A stretch of 64,000 bases of DNA from an uncultured Gammaproteobacteria bacterium (GTDB taxonomy: Bacteria; Pseudomonadota; Gammaproteobacteria; CAWCPV01). Shown piece after piece: positions 9,669-20,524 of this stretch. Location: positions 192,001 through 256,000 of the forward strand of contig CAWCPV010000007.1 of assembly GCA_963797555.1 (NCBI GenBank), read 5' to 3'. The notes under the pieces were generated by a model. The model saw only the letters and a list, made by a program, of their open reading frames with translations, was not told where the DNA came from and did not search any database. How positions within the stretch are numbered: the first letter of the stretch is position 1; every line of letters starts with the position of its first letter. A program made the translations under genes and the position numbers.

Positions 9669-10366
9669 CTAGTAACCCACAATGCCAATACTAACTCCCT
9701 GAGGTAAGCCCCCGGCTTTGCCGGGGGACTCACCGAGGTTTGACCTATACGACGGTCGTCGTGAATCTCCAATCTCCGCCAAGAGAAGGGGATCCACGAT
9801 GAAAGAGTACCAGAGTCTGAGCCACACGAAGTGGGACTGTAAGTGCAGGAAAAAGCGGATCTTCGGGGCGCTGCGCCGCCACCTGGGACGGATCTTCCAC
9901 GAGTTGGCGGGCCATAAGGAATCGAAGGTAGTTGAAGGGCTTACATCCGGAACCAAGAGCAAGAGGAGGAGCGCTACGATCAACTGACGCTGCGGACATA
10001 GGTCCAGCCGCCTTGGGCGGCTCCCGGTATTATGGCGCCTTTGAGGCGCTCACCCAATAAGCCCCCGGCTTTGCCGGGGGTGAGTTAACTTCACCGCTCC
10101 AGCCAACAAGCACTTCGAAATCACGACCTTCTATCATAACGTGGCATCTGCCTTCCGGTATTGCTGTATGTGGGACTTCTGCCCTTATGCCTCCCTGGTT
10201 ATTTCCACGGGTCAGTCTGGCGATACCGTATAGTTGAAGTACGTTACCGCCTGAAATATGACAGCATTATTCCTGTAATGAGGCGGATCAACAAAACGTA
10301 TAACCGTAGTGTTTGCTACCGTTTTACGTAATGACGAAGTTCTTGTCCTGACATCAGATCCCATAG
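9669..10366 (-). pseudogene. Low-GC hypothetical gene interrupted by mini-IS200
   Basis: Removing 9696-10089 gives a continuous frame ...HVMIEGRDFEVLVGWSGE|VSIGIVGY* ending at 9669; ATG with GGAG near 10366 (one frameshift). Confidence 0.5.
9696..10089 (+). mobile_element. Internally deleted copy of the IS200 element at 37347-37969
   Basis: Near-identical ends (AAGCCCCCGGCTTTGCCGGGG hairpins, TAAC on the left flank and at the right end); tnpA lacks its HUH core. Confidence 0.9.
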
Positions 10367-10438
10367 AGTTCTCCTTGCCTATAAAAACAGTGATGTTCGC
10401 TAGGATGAGAAGATGTGTGATTCAACACAACAGTATGA

Positions 10439-10726
10439 CTATTTCTTCGTCATTCCTAAACTCTCGGCAGCTTCGAGCGCAATTTTGTTAATGTCATCTG
10501 TTGCCCATCCATTCTTGCGGATCAACTCAGCCATCGTAGTTCCTAGGCGTGACCAACTTGGCACGTTCTTGTACCCTTGGGCTACAAATTCGATAACGAT
10601 TGGTTCAAGTGTATTGTGTTCTTGACTCGTGCCTTCTACACGCAAGAATTCCACGCCTGTCATAGCATGAGCTACGCTAGTAAAGAGCAGGAACACAACC
10701 CAGAGAGACTGTGTAGCTTTTTGCAT
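10439..10726 (-). CDS. Small secreted hypothetical protein
   Basis: MQKATQSLWVVFLLFTSVAHA signal peptide after GAGGAG; low GC. Confidence 0.65.
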   Translation of the reverse strand: MQKATQSLWVVFLLFTSVAHAMTGVEFLRVEGTSQEHNTLEPIVIEFVAQGYKNVPSWSRLGTTMAELIRKNGWATDDINKIALEAAESLGMTKK

Positions 10727-10749
10727 TTTGCACTCCTCTTCGAGTTTGG

Positions 10750-11145
10750 CGCGTCCGGCCACCAGAGGGAGCGTAGCTCCGGGCAGGTGAACGCGTCAAG
10801 GCTCTTGAGGAGAATCAGGGACTCGGGCAGCGCGCCACGCAGCAACGTCGGGCGTGATTGGACAGAAGGAAGCCAAGGCCGTAGTAGGGGACCGCACCTG
10901 ACACCGTGTGCCATCGAAGGGCCGAATACGGTGAGACCAGGACGAGCCACGAGTCACTCGGTCTCGATGTGGAGTCCGGCAGGAGGAGTCGCGGATCGGC
11001 GTGCCCCATGCGGCCTGCCTTGCGCGATGACCTCGTGGCGCAGATGGTGACACCAGAGAACCTGCATGGAACATGGAACCAGGCGAAGGCCAACGGGGTG
11101 CCCCCCGAGTCGACGGCATGGCCATCGAGGGTTTCCCGGCCTTCC
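10750..11145 (+). mobile_element. Group II intron remnant with degenerate RT N-terminus
   Basis: PALRDDLVAQMVTPENLHGTWNQAKAN / GAPRVDGMAIEGF across frames matches RT0 of group II maturases; truncated at a REP. Confidence 0.65.
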
Positions 11146-11151
11146 CGCAGC

Positions 11152-11240
11152 GCGCAAGGATGCGACGAACGAAAGGAAACCGCATCGCTCGGGTTGCGCC
11201 CGTGCCGCAATACTTGGGACGCTCTCGCCACCCCACCTCG
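11152..11240. repeat. Degenerate GTAG-type REP plus RAYT 3'-end stub
   Basis: CGCAAGGATGCGACGAACGAAAGGAAACCGCATCGCTCG followed by CCGTGCCGCAATACTTGGGACG as at 11955-12030. Confidence 0.7.
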
Positions 11241-11370
11241 GATCGACTCCTGGCCTTGTCGCCCGTCTTGGGCGCTGGCGACGCTTGTCCGGAGCAAGCG
11301 CGATGCGATGCACGGCAGGGCTCATCGATCTTACGGCTAGGTGCGCAGGAGGCGGTGCAGGTCGGGCCTG

Positions 11371-11940
11371 CTATTGGCCCCCCCGATCGCCAACTTCCCG
11401 CATCGAAGCGATGTGGGCTTTGAGCTCTCTCGCATACGGGTGCTTGGGGGACCTCGCGCAGCACCCGGTCGAGTAGCGGCTCGGCCTCCTCGAATCTGCC
11501 GACCGAGCACAGGATGACTGCGTATCAAGCTGTAATGTCGACGTTGTGAGGATGCGCCTGCCACAGTGCCTCGCGGATCTCCAGCGCGCGGCGGTACGCT
11601 TGCTCTGCATCGGCCACCTGGCCAGCATCCCTTAGTAGGTTCCCCAGGTTGATCAGGCCCAGGGCCAGGCAGGGGCCGGTAATCATATTCTCGCGGTTCG
11701 CTTCCCACAGTGTCTGGGAAATCTCCACCGCGCGCCGCAGAGCCGCATCCGCCTCGGCCACCTGGCCGGCATCCCTCAGCAGGTTCCCCAGGTTGTTCAG
11801 GGACCCGGCGAGGTCGTTGCCGATGCTCACATTCTGCGGGCTGGCCTGCCACAGCGTCTGGGAGATTTCCACCGCGCGCCGGTACGCTTGCTCTGCATCC
11901 GCCACCTGGCTAGCATCCCTCAGCAGACCCGGGGACAGAC
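11371..11940 (-). pseudogene. Orphan TPR-repeat C-terminal module paralogous to the end of the STAND protein at 15594-16115
   Basis: About 2.5 48-aa repeats plus tail ...LREVPKHPYARELKAHIASMREVGDRGGQ vs LREVPQHPYARQLKAQIASLRGVGGHEGQ; internal stop at 11525. Confidence 0.8.
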
Positions 11941-11954
11941 CCCCTATTGTCTTC

Positions 11955-11993
11955 CGTAGGATGCGGTGAACGAAGGGAACCGCATCGCTCGCG
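11955..11993 (+). repeat. GTAG-family REP (type 1)
   Basis: CGTAGGATGCGGTGAACGAAGGGAACCGCATC; GTAG plus GATGCGG/CCGCATC hairpin. Confidence 0.85.
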
Positions 11994-12522
11994 TTATTCC
12001 CGTGCCGCAATACTTGGGACGCCTTCGCCACCCCAATCCTCCGGGTAGACTCCTCGTCGCTTGAACGCGTGGAAACTGGAATGAGGCCAGTCGGCTACCC
12101 GCCGAACCCATCCGTGCTTTACCGGGTTCCAATGGATATAGTCCACGTGCCGGTTGAAGTCACCCTGGTCACGGATGAGATCTTCCCAAGAACGCCGCTG
12201 CCATAAACCCCTTTCGCCCCGTTTGGCGCGGCTTTCCGAAACGCGCTCGCCCGGTTCGATGGCAGGGGAGAACTGTCCTTGATGAGACTCCAGCGAACAG
12301 AAGACTCGGCATCGCCGGGCGGCAGCGTCCAGACGCAATGCAAATGATCCGGCAGGATCACCACCGCTTCCAGGTGGAACGGTGCCGTGCCCGAACACTA
12401 CGGAACACAGTGCGCAGCGCATCGATCCGCTGGACCAATAGCCGATTCCCCTGTCGCTCGGCCAGATTCACCGTGAAGAACCACGTGGCTCCAGGAAGCC
12501 AGGCACGGCGGTATTCGGTCAC
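11994..12522 (-). pseudogene. REP-associated tyrosine transposase (RAYT), frameshifted
   Basis: YRRAWLPGATWFFTVNL, VILPDHLHCVWTLP, GLWQRR, HVDYIHWNPVKHG, DWPHSSF; flanked by inverted REPs. Confidence 0.88.
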
Positions 12523-12543
12523 TTTCTCTCGTCCAGCTCTTTT

Positions 12544-12582
12544 CGCGAGCGATGCGGTTCCCTTCGTTCACCGCATCCTACG
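12544..12582 (-). repeat. GTAG-family REP (type 1), inverted
   Basis: CGCGAGCGATGCGGTTCCCTTCGTTCACCGCATCCTACG, reverse complement of 11955-11993. Confidence 0.85.
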
Positions 12583-12754
12583 CGGGCTAATGACGTCATG
12601 CGGCGGATCGTCCCCCGCCTCTGCAAGGGGGAGCAGTGCGTCAAAGGGGCCAAGGCTCGAATATTTCTGCTGTGCGCAGTGGATTCATACCGCAAATTCT
12701 CCGTGGCCTCGGTTATGCCCGATGGAGTCGTCTCGCCCGACAGCACGGAGAGCG

Positions 12755-12915
12755 CGTAGGATGCAGTGAACGAAGGGATACCGCATCGCTCGCGTTACTC
12801 TCCTGCCACAATAGCTGGGACGTTCTCGCCACCCCGATCTTCCGGGTAGACTCCTCGGCGCTTGAACGCATGGAAACTCGAATGAGGCCAGTCGGCTATC
12901 CGCCGAACCCGTCCG
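12755..12915. repeat. REP (type 1) plus duplicated RAYT 3' end
   Basis: CGTAGGATGCAGTGAACGAAGGGATACCGCATC then sequence similar to 11994-12120. Confidence 0.75.
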
Positions 12916-12969
12916 TGTTTTGCCGGATCGCCGATGAAATGTTACCAACAACGGCGCTGCCATAGACCC

Positions 12970-14378
12970 CATCCCATTACACACAACTCGAGCATCTCCG
13001 GTAACATGCTGATCTCGCAACGAAGTGGAGGTAGGCATGAGCTGGGCGGCGGAGGAATTCAAGAGCATTGACCTGGGCGACAAGCGGCTGGACAAGCGCG
13101 CGATCCTATTGGCAGAGCGACTGGCGGAGAAGCCGACGGCGAGCATTCCGGGGGCCTGCGGGGGTTGGGCGGAGACGCAGGCGGCCTATCGCTTCTTCGC
13201 CCAGGACGACCTGGACTGGCGCGACATCCTCGCCCCGCACTGGCAGTGCTCTGAGGCGCGCATGAGCGAGCACCGTGTGGTGCTGTGCCTGCAAGACAGT
13301 GTCGAGCTCGATTTCAACGGCCAGGCCATCCAGGGTCTGGGGCCGCTCAATTACGAGGCGCAACGGGGCATGTTCCTGCACGCTACTTATGCGGTGACGC
13401 TTGCGCGCGAGCCCTTGGGAGTGCTGGATGCCTGGATGTGGGCGCGCGAGCCCAAAGACGAGAGCGGCGAGCGCGGAGGTCTCAAGGAGAGCATCCGCTG
13501 GACGGAAGGTTACGAGCGTGTGGCGGAGCTTGCGGCCGAGCTGCCGGACACGCGGCTGGTGTACGTGGCTGACCGGGAGGCCGATATCATGGAGCTGATG
13601 GCCCGTGCGCGGGATCTGGGTCACCCGGCCGACTGGCTGATTCGCTCCCGGCACAACCGCGCGCTTCCCGAAGGCGGCAAGCTCTGGGCAGCCGTGACCG
13701 CAGAAGCCCCCTTGGGCGAGGTGCGCTTCACTTTGCCTGCGCGCCATGGCCAGAAGGCACGTGAGGTGCGCCAACAGGTGTGGGCCAAGCGCGTAGAGCT
13801 CTCCGACGGCAAGCGCGGGCGGGTCGCGGCCACCTGCATCGTAGCGCGGGAAGTGGATGCGCCTGCGGGGGTGAAGCCCCTTGAATGGCGTTTGCTCACC
13901 AACCGCGAGGCCGCGACCATGGAGGCGGCAGCCGAGCTCATCGACTGGTATCGGGCGCGTTGGGAAATTGAGCGGTTCTTCGACATTTTGAAAAACGCCT
14001 GCCGCGTCGAAGCGCTGCAACTGAGCACGATGGAGCGCCTGGAGCGGGCGCTCGCCCTGTTCATGGTGGTCGCTTGGCGCATTGCCCGGCTGGTGCGCTT
14101 GGGGCGCACCTGTCCGGACTTGGACGCCGAGCTCCTGTTCGACCCGGACGAGTGGAAGGCGGCCTTCATCCTGAGCAAAAAGCCGGTGCCCAAGACCCCG
14201 CCGCGCCTCAACGAGGTGGTGCGCCTCGTGGCCCGGCTTGGCGGCTTCCTGGCCCGCAAGGGCGATGGCGAGCCCGGCGCCAAGACCCTCTGGCAAGGGC
14301 TTCAGCGGGTGATGGATTTCGCCGCAGGGCTCAAGTATGCGCGGGAGGCTCATGTTCTGAGTTGTGTGTAATGGGATG
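12970..14378 (+). mobile_element. IS4 family element (IS50/Tn5-like), intact
   Basis: 20-bp inverted repeats CATCCCATTACACACAACTC and 9-bp TSD CATAGACCC (12961-12969, 14379-14387). Confidence 0.95.
13037..14371 (+). CDS. IS4 family transposase
   Basis: LGDKRL, QDSVEL, VADREAD, WYRARWEIERFFDILK (YREK), LGGFLARKGDGEPG. Confidence 0.95.
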   Translation: MSWAAEEFKSIDLGDKRLDKRAILLAERLAEKPTASIPGACGGWAETQAAYRFFAQDDLDWRDILAPHWQCSEARMSEHRVVLCLQDSVELDFNGQAIQGLGPLNYEAQRGMFLHATYAVTLAREPLGVLDAWMWAREPKDESGERGGLKESIRWTEGYERVAELAAELPDTRLVYVADREADIMELMARARDLGHPADWLIRSRHNRALPEGGKLWAAVTAEAPLGEVRFTLPARHGQKAREVRQQVWAKRVELSDGKRGRVAATCIVAREVDAPAGVKPLEWRLLTNREAATMEAAAELIDWYRARWEIERFFDILKNACRVEALQLSTMERLERALALFMVVAWRIARLVRLGRTCPDLDAELLFDPDEWKAAFILSKKPVPKTPPRLNEVVRLVARLGGFLARKGDGEPGAKTLWQGLQRVMDFAAGLKYAREAHVLSCV

Positions 14379-14458
14379 CATAGACCCCGTTCGCCCACTT
14401 ATAGCTAACTGCGCGGGCTGTCCACGCGACTTGATCTGGCGCGAGGTTGCGAGCGCTT

Positions 14459-15421
14459 TCAGGGTAGCGATCGCCCCGCATCAAGCTCTTCTCTGTCAAG
14501 GGCCGAACACAACCCGTTCTCTCTCAGGAACGCATAACCATTGAACCGACTGCCCGTATCCAGTTCATCGAGGTCAACCCAGCGATTGTATTCACTGGCG
14601 CGGCTAAAAGCTTTTTGAATTAGCTGCCACAGATAACCCTCATTCCTCCCTCCCAGAACACTATCAGTATGCGCCACCCATCTGGCGAAAACTAAAGCGA
14701 CTCCACGATCCATGCAGGCCATCACTTTGAGGCGCGTGCGTTCGTTGCTGCCAATCCGACTGGTATTGCCGCCCCATTTCTCAACGTCACGGAAGTGCTG
14801 GTTCCCCATGACTTCAATCGCCTCACTCCTCGACTTGTTCCAAAAATCGAGTTCGAGACGTCGCTGCGTGCTTTGCCTCAGAAACTCGGGACGAACACGG
14901 TGATGCCATTGTCCCGCGGCATTAGCCTGGAGGACTCGAAATACTACAAGTTCTCCTTCGGAACTGCTTGAACCGGCGATGCCTTCATGGATTAGCTTAT
15001 CCAACTCATCTAGGTACTCTCCTAGAAGGTCGATAGCCTTCCGGACATCCATGTGACCCTTGGTATTCGGATCCAGGCGCTTGGAGGTGGGGATGACAAT
15101 ACGAGCCCAGTCTCGACCGGTTCGTGTATGAGCACAAAGTGCGCGCGTTTCCCTAGTTAGAGCACCGGGATGGTAAAGTTCTATAATCGCATTATGCGAC
15201 TCTACGGCGAACACCGCGATACGGTGACCAGGATTACCTACTGGCGTTAAGTAATGGCAATATTGGCTCCGAGACTCGCGTATGCTTGCCTTCGATGTTT
15301 CAAGTCGATGAGCATACGCGTCGTAAATAATTTCAAGGGCTTTCGCCGCTTCGTGATATCGAGGAGGGACAAAGCGGCGGAAACCGTCGCGCGCGTAATC
15401 GAATACCTCGTGACGTGCCAT
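14459..15421 (-). CDS. Hypothetical protein (320 aa, low GC)
   Basis: Clean long ORF with atypical composition; no recognisable family. Confidence 0.65.
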   Translation of the reverse strand: MARHEVFDYARDGFRRFVPPRYHEAAKALEIIYDAYAHRLETSKASIRESRSQYCHYLTPVGNPGHRIAVFAVESHNAIIELYHPGALTRETRALCAHTRTGRDWARIVIPTSKRLDPNTKGHMDVRKAIDLLGEYLDELDKLIHEGIAGSSSSEGELVVFRVLQANAAGQWHHRVRPEFLRQSTQRRLELDFWNKSRSEAIEVMGNQHFRDVEKWGGNTSRIGSNERTRLKVMACMDRGVALVFARWVAHTDSVLGGRNEGYLWQLIQKAFSRASEYNRWVDLDELDTGSRFNGYAFLRENGLCSALDREELDAGRSLP

Positions 15422-15593
15422 ATCTGTGAGCTCCCTAAGCCACCTGAACCGGCAAAGCCGGACACCAAACAGAAAGTAGTCCAGTCCAGCCTAGGCCGTG
15501 CAAGACAGTATGCGGCGGATCGCCCCATCGCCCCCGGTAGGCGGACGCTGTTACAAGCCCGCCCTACAAAAAGCACTGTACCTGTCGGGGCTA

Positions 15594-18500
15594 CTATTGG
15601 CCTTCGTGACCGCCAACTCCCCTTAGCGAAGCGATCTGGGCCTTAAGTTGTCTGGCATATGGGTGCTGGGGGACCTCGCGCAGCACCCGGTCGATCAGCG
15701 GCTCGGCTTCCTCGAATCTGTCGACCGAGCACAGGCTGCCCGCGTATCCCACGGTGATCTCGGCGTTCTGCGGGTTCGCCTGCCAGAGGACCTGGTAGAT
15801 CTCCACCGCGCGCCGGTACACCTGCTCCGCCTCGGCCTCCTGACCGGTATGGCTCAGCAGAAGCCCCAGGTTGTGCAACGCCGCGGCCAGGCCGTACCCG
15901 ATGCGCGCATTATCGGGATTCGCCTGCCACAGCGCCTGGTAGATCTCCAACGCGTCCCGGTACACCTGCTCCGCCTCGGCCACCTGCCCGACCTCCAGCG
16001 CCAGGACCCCGAAAGTGCTCAGCACCGCGGCCAGGCCGTTGCCGATGTCCATGTTCTCGGGGCTCGCTTGCCACAGCGCCTGGTAGATCTCCAGCGCGCG
16101 CCGGTACGCCCGCACCGCCTCGGCCGCCTGCCCAGCATCCCTCAGCAGGTGTAGGTGTTCCCCAGATTGTACAGTGCCACGGCCAGGCCGTGGCCGATGT
16201 CAACGTTCTCGGGGCTCGCCTGCCATAGCGCCTCGTCGATCTCGACCGCACGCCGTGACGTCCGCACTGCCTCGGCCAACTGCCCAGCACCCTCAGCAGG
16301 ATCCCCAGGTTGCTCAGCGCGGCGGCCAGCCTGTAGCCGACGCCCACATTCTGCGGGTTCGCCTGCCACAGGGCCTCGCCGATCTCCACCGCGCGGCGGC
16401 ACGCCCGCTCCGCCTCGGCCGCCTGCCCGGCCTCCCTCAGCAGCATCCCCAGATTATTCAGCGTCATCGCCAGGCCCTTGCCGATGTCCACATTCTCGGG
16501 GCTGGCTTGCCGCAGCGCCTCGCCGATCTCCACTGCGCGGCGCCACAACCGTTCCGCCTCGGCCACCTGCCCGGATCCCTCAGCAGCTTCCCCAAGTTGT
16601 TCAGGGACGCGCCCAAGCCGTCGCCGATGTCAACGTTCTCCGGATTCGCCTGCCACAGCGCCTCGCCAATCTCCACTGCGCTCCGGTGCACCCGTTCGGC
16701 CTCGGTCGCCCGCCCGGTATCCGCCAGCAGGGGCCCCAGGTTGGTCAGGGCCGCGGTCAGGCGGTCGCCGATGCCTCCGTCCTCGGGGCTCGCCTGCCAC
16801 AGCGTCGAGGTCGATCTCCGCCGCGCGCCGGTACGTCCGCTCCGCCTCGGCCGCCTGCCCGGCGCCCGCCAGCAGGAGCCCCAGGCTGGTCAGTGCCCCG
16901 GCCAGGCGGTCGCCGATGCCCGCGTTCTCGGGGTTCGCCCGCGACAGCGCCTCGTAGATCGCGACGCAGGCCTGGTAGAAGGTCCTCGCCGCCAGGGCAA
17001 AAGGCGTGCTCGCCAACTGGGAGCCCGCGGCATGGAGCGCATCGGCGGATGCGGCCCCGCCCGTGCGCGTTAAGGCGCGAACGGTTGCCTCGGCCGCCGC
17101 GCTGCCCGTGTCCGGAACGTAGCCGCTCCGACCCCGCTCCACGAGGAAGGCAGTCAGGACTTCGCCCATCCACCCGGACGGCAGAGGCGTCCATGCTCCG
17201 AGCCCGGGTATGCTGCGGATCGTCTTCGTCCACGAGGGCGAGGTTTCGGCCAGCGTAGGTACCCACTCCAGCCGCCCCATGGCGGCCCAGTCCCGCAGAA
17301 GGAAGCCGAATGCGCCCGCATACTCCGGGAACACCCCGGCGGGCTGCGCTCGGCGCGTCCAGTAGGCCAGCTCGTCCTCCCCCGCGGGGCGGGCTGCGTC
17401 GAGATAGCGGTAGATCAGATACTCTGCCACGGCCTCGAACAAGAAGCGGTAGCCGCCTCCCTCCTCGCGCACCCGCTTGGCGATGAGCCCCTCATGGGCC
17501 ATCGCTTCGACGGGGCTGAGGGAGAGCCGGGCCTCCTCGGCGGACCGCGCCTCCGCCCAGGCGCGCCGGATAGCATTGCAGTCGTCGTCGCCGAGATCGG
17601 CGCTGGCGCGTCCCAGGTCGCCCAGGAGGTGTGCCACCACCGCCTCGATGCTTTCCTTCAGGCCGGGATGGTCGGCCACCGCGCGCTCGACGTAGCGGCG
17701 AAACAGGGCGGGCACGGTGGTCAGCGCTTCCGCCTCCCTCCCGTCGAAGGTCTCCATGAAGAGATGCAGGTAGAGCGGGTTGGTGAGGAGCGCGCGTGTC
17801 GCCTCCGGCAGTCCATTCCAGGCGGTGCGGCAGCCGGGAATGGGGCCGCGCCCCGCGGCGGCCGGCTGTCCGGCAGCCGCCTGGTACCGCCGGTAGACCT
17901 CGGCGGCCTGCCCCGCGGTGAGGGGCTCCAGCGTCAGCACCGGCGGGCCCGGCTGCCGCGGCCCTTCCTGCGGCTCGGCGACGTAGAGCCAGGGCCGCAG
18001 CCCTTCGAGCCGGCTCGTCTCCTGGGCGCCCATCTTGCCCGACCAGATGGCGAGCCACTCCTGGCGGGTCGAGATCACCATCTTGCACCAGGGGAAGCGC
18101 GCGGCCGTGGCAATCATCTCCAGAGCCTCGTCGACCACCTTCCCCGCGTAAGGGGCCTCGTTGAGCGCGTCCAGCACCAGGATCAGGCGCCTCCCTTCCA
18201 CCCGGTCGTCTTTCCAGCGCCCGTGCAGATGCTGTAGCAGTTCGGCGAAAAGACTGAAGCCCGCCGTTGCCGAGGGCTTTGGCTTATCGCGCGTCTCGGC
18301 CGGGGTGACCGCGAGACCGAGCTTCTCGGCCACATCGCGGAACAACGATATGCCTTCGGCGCGGAGCGCCACGCCGTCGCCGCGCAGGAAGAGCACGAGG
18401 TTCGGGTTCTCGCGCCGGGCATCGGCCCGGTCGACGGCCGTGAGCCTCTCCACCTGCCGTGCGAGGAACGCGGTCTTCCCCGATCCCGCGAGCCCCGTCA

Positions 18501-19686
18501 GCACCAGGCCGTTCACGCAGCGGGCGCGGCTCGTGTCCGCGGCCCAGCGCTCGGGATCGGGCACGCGCAGGAAGCGCTCGAAGTGGCGCTCGAGGTCTTC
18601 GAACGGCACGTAGCACACGGGGAAATACTTCTGCCCGATGAGATCGTCCAGGGTGCGCCGGGAGTAATCCGCCGCGCTGTCGGCGATGGTCCAGGGGTAA
18701 GTGTGCTCCTTGCTCAGGAAGAAGCTGATGTGCCGGGCTGCGAGCAATTCTTTCAGCCGCTCGCAGGCAGGACTATCCGCGGCACGGTGGTGCGTGCCCA
18801 GGTAGTAGATGTAGCTCCGCTCTTCCAACCGCTGCTTGGTTTCGACCCGAATCCCGTAGTGTCCGTCATAGAGATAAAGCGGCTCCTGCTCGGTCAGCGG
18901 ATTGAACAGGGGATAGAGGGGCACCGGCGCGGCTCCCGGAAAGGTCAGCACTGCGCGCGACTGCTCCAGGGCCTCGATCAGCTCATCCGACAGCGCCTCT
19001 TCGGCCGGATCGCGCAGCCGGGCGCCCCGCAGCCGGCGCAACCTGGCGCGGCCGGTGGCGAGAGCCTCCATACCATCGAGTCCCACCAGCAGGTCGGCGT
19101 CGCCCAGGAAGTCGAAGGCCGCGAGCACCTCATGCAACACGGGCAGGTACTGCTCTAGGTGGCGCGCCGCCTCCTCTTCGTCCGCGAGCCCGCCGTGGGC
19201 GGTTTCGTTCCGCAGCGCCAGGATCGCCTCGAGCGGATTGAGACTGGTGCGCCCGCGCAACCCCACAGGCCGCTCCGCGGTCCGCCCGAGTGCCTTGAGA
19301 GCTTCCCCAAGTCGCGGGAACAGGGGCTCGATGCCGACCCGCGGCAGGTGCCGGCTCAAGGCCCCGGCGAGCGCGATCCAGTCGCTGAAAAACGGCGAGC
19401 GGATCGCCGCTATGGCCCGATTGAGCGCCGAGACGCCCTTCTGGGCGGATGTGTCGATGTCTTCCCGCAGGTACTGACCGACCAGCGGCAGGCACACCAT
19501 CCTGAGCAACTGGTATTCGGTGAAGCAGAGCGCCCAGCGGCGGATCGACGGCGGCCGCTCGTGCTCGTCGAACATGAGCGAGTACGGGTAAGCGACGGGA
19601 TACGGAAAGTCATCAAGGACACGCTGGTTGGGTTCGACCATATCTTGCCTCTCTGAGCGAGTCGCCGCCGGCTTTATGGTATCCAC
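15594..19686 (-). CDS. STAND/NACHT-like NTPase with N-terminal HEPN-like domain and C-terminal 48-aa TPR repeats (several frameshifts in repeats)
   Basis: LRNETAHGG (RxxxxH), Walker A GLAGSGKT, Walker B LILVLDALNE, NPLYL, FLFE; repeats AEAE..YRRAxEI..ALWQAxPEN..IG..LA..L.NLG.LL continue over ORFs 16464-16691, 15910-16566, 16142-16402, 15594-16115. Confidence 0.8.
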
Positions 19687-20017
19687 TCAACGCGTTTTCT
19701 GCCCCGGTTTCGCTTTCGAACCGGGCCTGACCGTCCTTCACGCGAACCCAGAATGTGCGGGGCCGCGCCGCGTTCCGCTCGCTACAATCCCAGCAGGCGG
19801 CGGACGTGCGGATGGCGGTTTTCCTAGCGGGGGGACAGGGCCAGCTTTCATCCGCTCCTTTGGAGCGCGTAGCTCCGACTTCGAGGCTCCAAACTCCGGC
19901 GTCGAGGTTCGGGGAAATAACAGGGGACGGCCCCGGGGCAGACCCCTATTGTGTCCCCCCTCTCCGCCTGCCCGTTGTGTATCATAGACTCATATCGTAC
20001 TCACCCGACGTACTCCC

Positions 20018-20524
20018 ATGACCAGTCAGAGCAAACGGGCGAACTTCGACGTGACGCCTGAACAGGAGGCGCGCCTCAGCGCCGTCAAAGAACTGCTCCA
20101 GGCGTCCTCGCTGAAGGATGCCGTACTCCGCATGACCAGTGTGATGCTGGTTCTGGCGCGCGAGCTTGCCAGCGGCAAGCATCTGTACCTCGGCGAGCGC
20201 CCCGAGACGGCGGAACGATTGGTGCTGCCGGAGCTCGAAACGGTCGATGGCGGCTGGCGCTGGCTGGTCGCCCGCCCGCACCCCTGGCGCCGGCAGCTCT
20301 GGGTCAAGGGGCGCAAGCTCCTGGCCGCACAGGTCTGGTCGGACATGCGTGCCAACCAACTGACCAGGGAGCAGGTCTCCCTGGACTGGGACCTGCCGCC
20401 GCAGGCCGTGGACGAGATCGTTCGGTACTGCGAGGACAACGCGGCCCTGATCGCGCTCGAGGCAGACGAGGAACGACGCCGGCTCAGCGACGCGGGAGTC
20501 GCGCTTGCGCCTGCTCCTCGATGA
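20018..20524 (+). CDS. DUF433-like antitoxin with N-terminal DNA-binding region
   Basis: WRRQLWVKGRKL.AAQVW..M....TREQV..DWDLP..AVDEIVRY; overlaps DUF5615 gene. Confidence 0.65.
   Translation: MTSQSKRANFDVTPEQEARLSAVKELLQASSLKDAVLRMTSVMLVLARELASGKHLYLGERPETAERLVLPELETVDGGWRWLVARPHPWRRQLWVKGRKLLAAQVWSDMRANQLTREQVSLDWDLPPQAVDEIVRYCEDNAALIALEADEERRRLSDAGVALAPAPR

Noticed and set aside
10750-11145. Retron or active reverse transcriptase system
   Set aside because: Only a decayed RT0 fragment; no YADD domain
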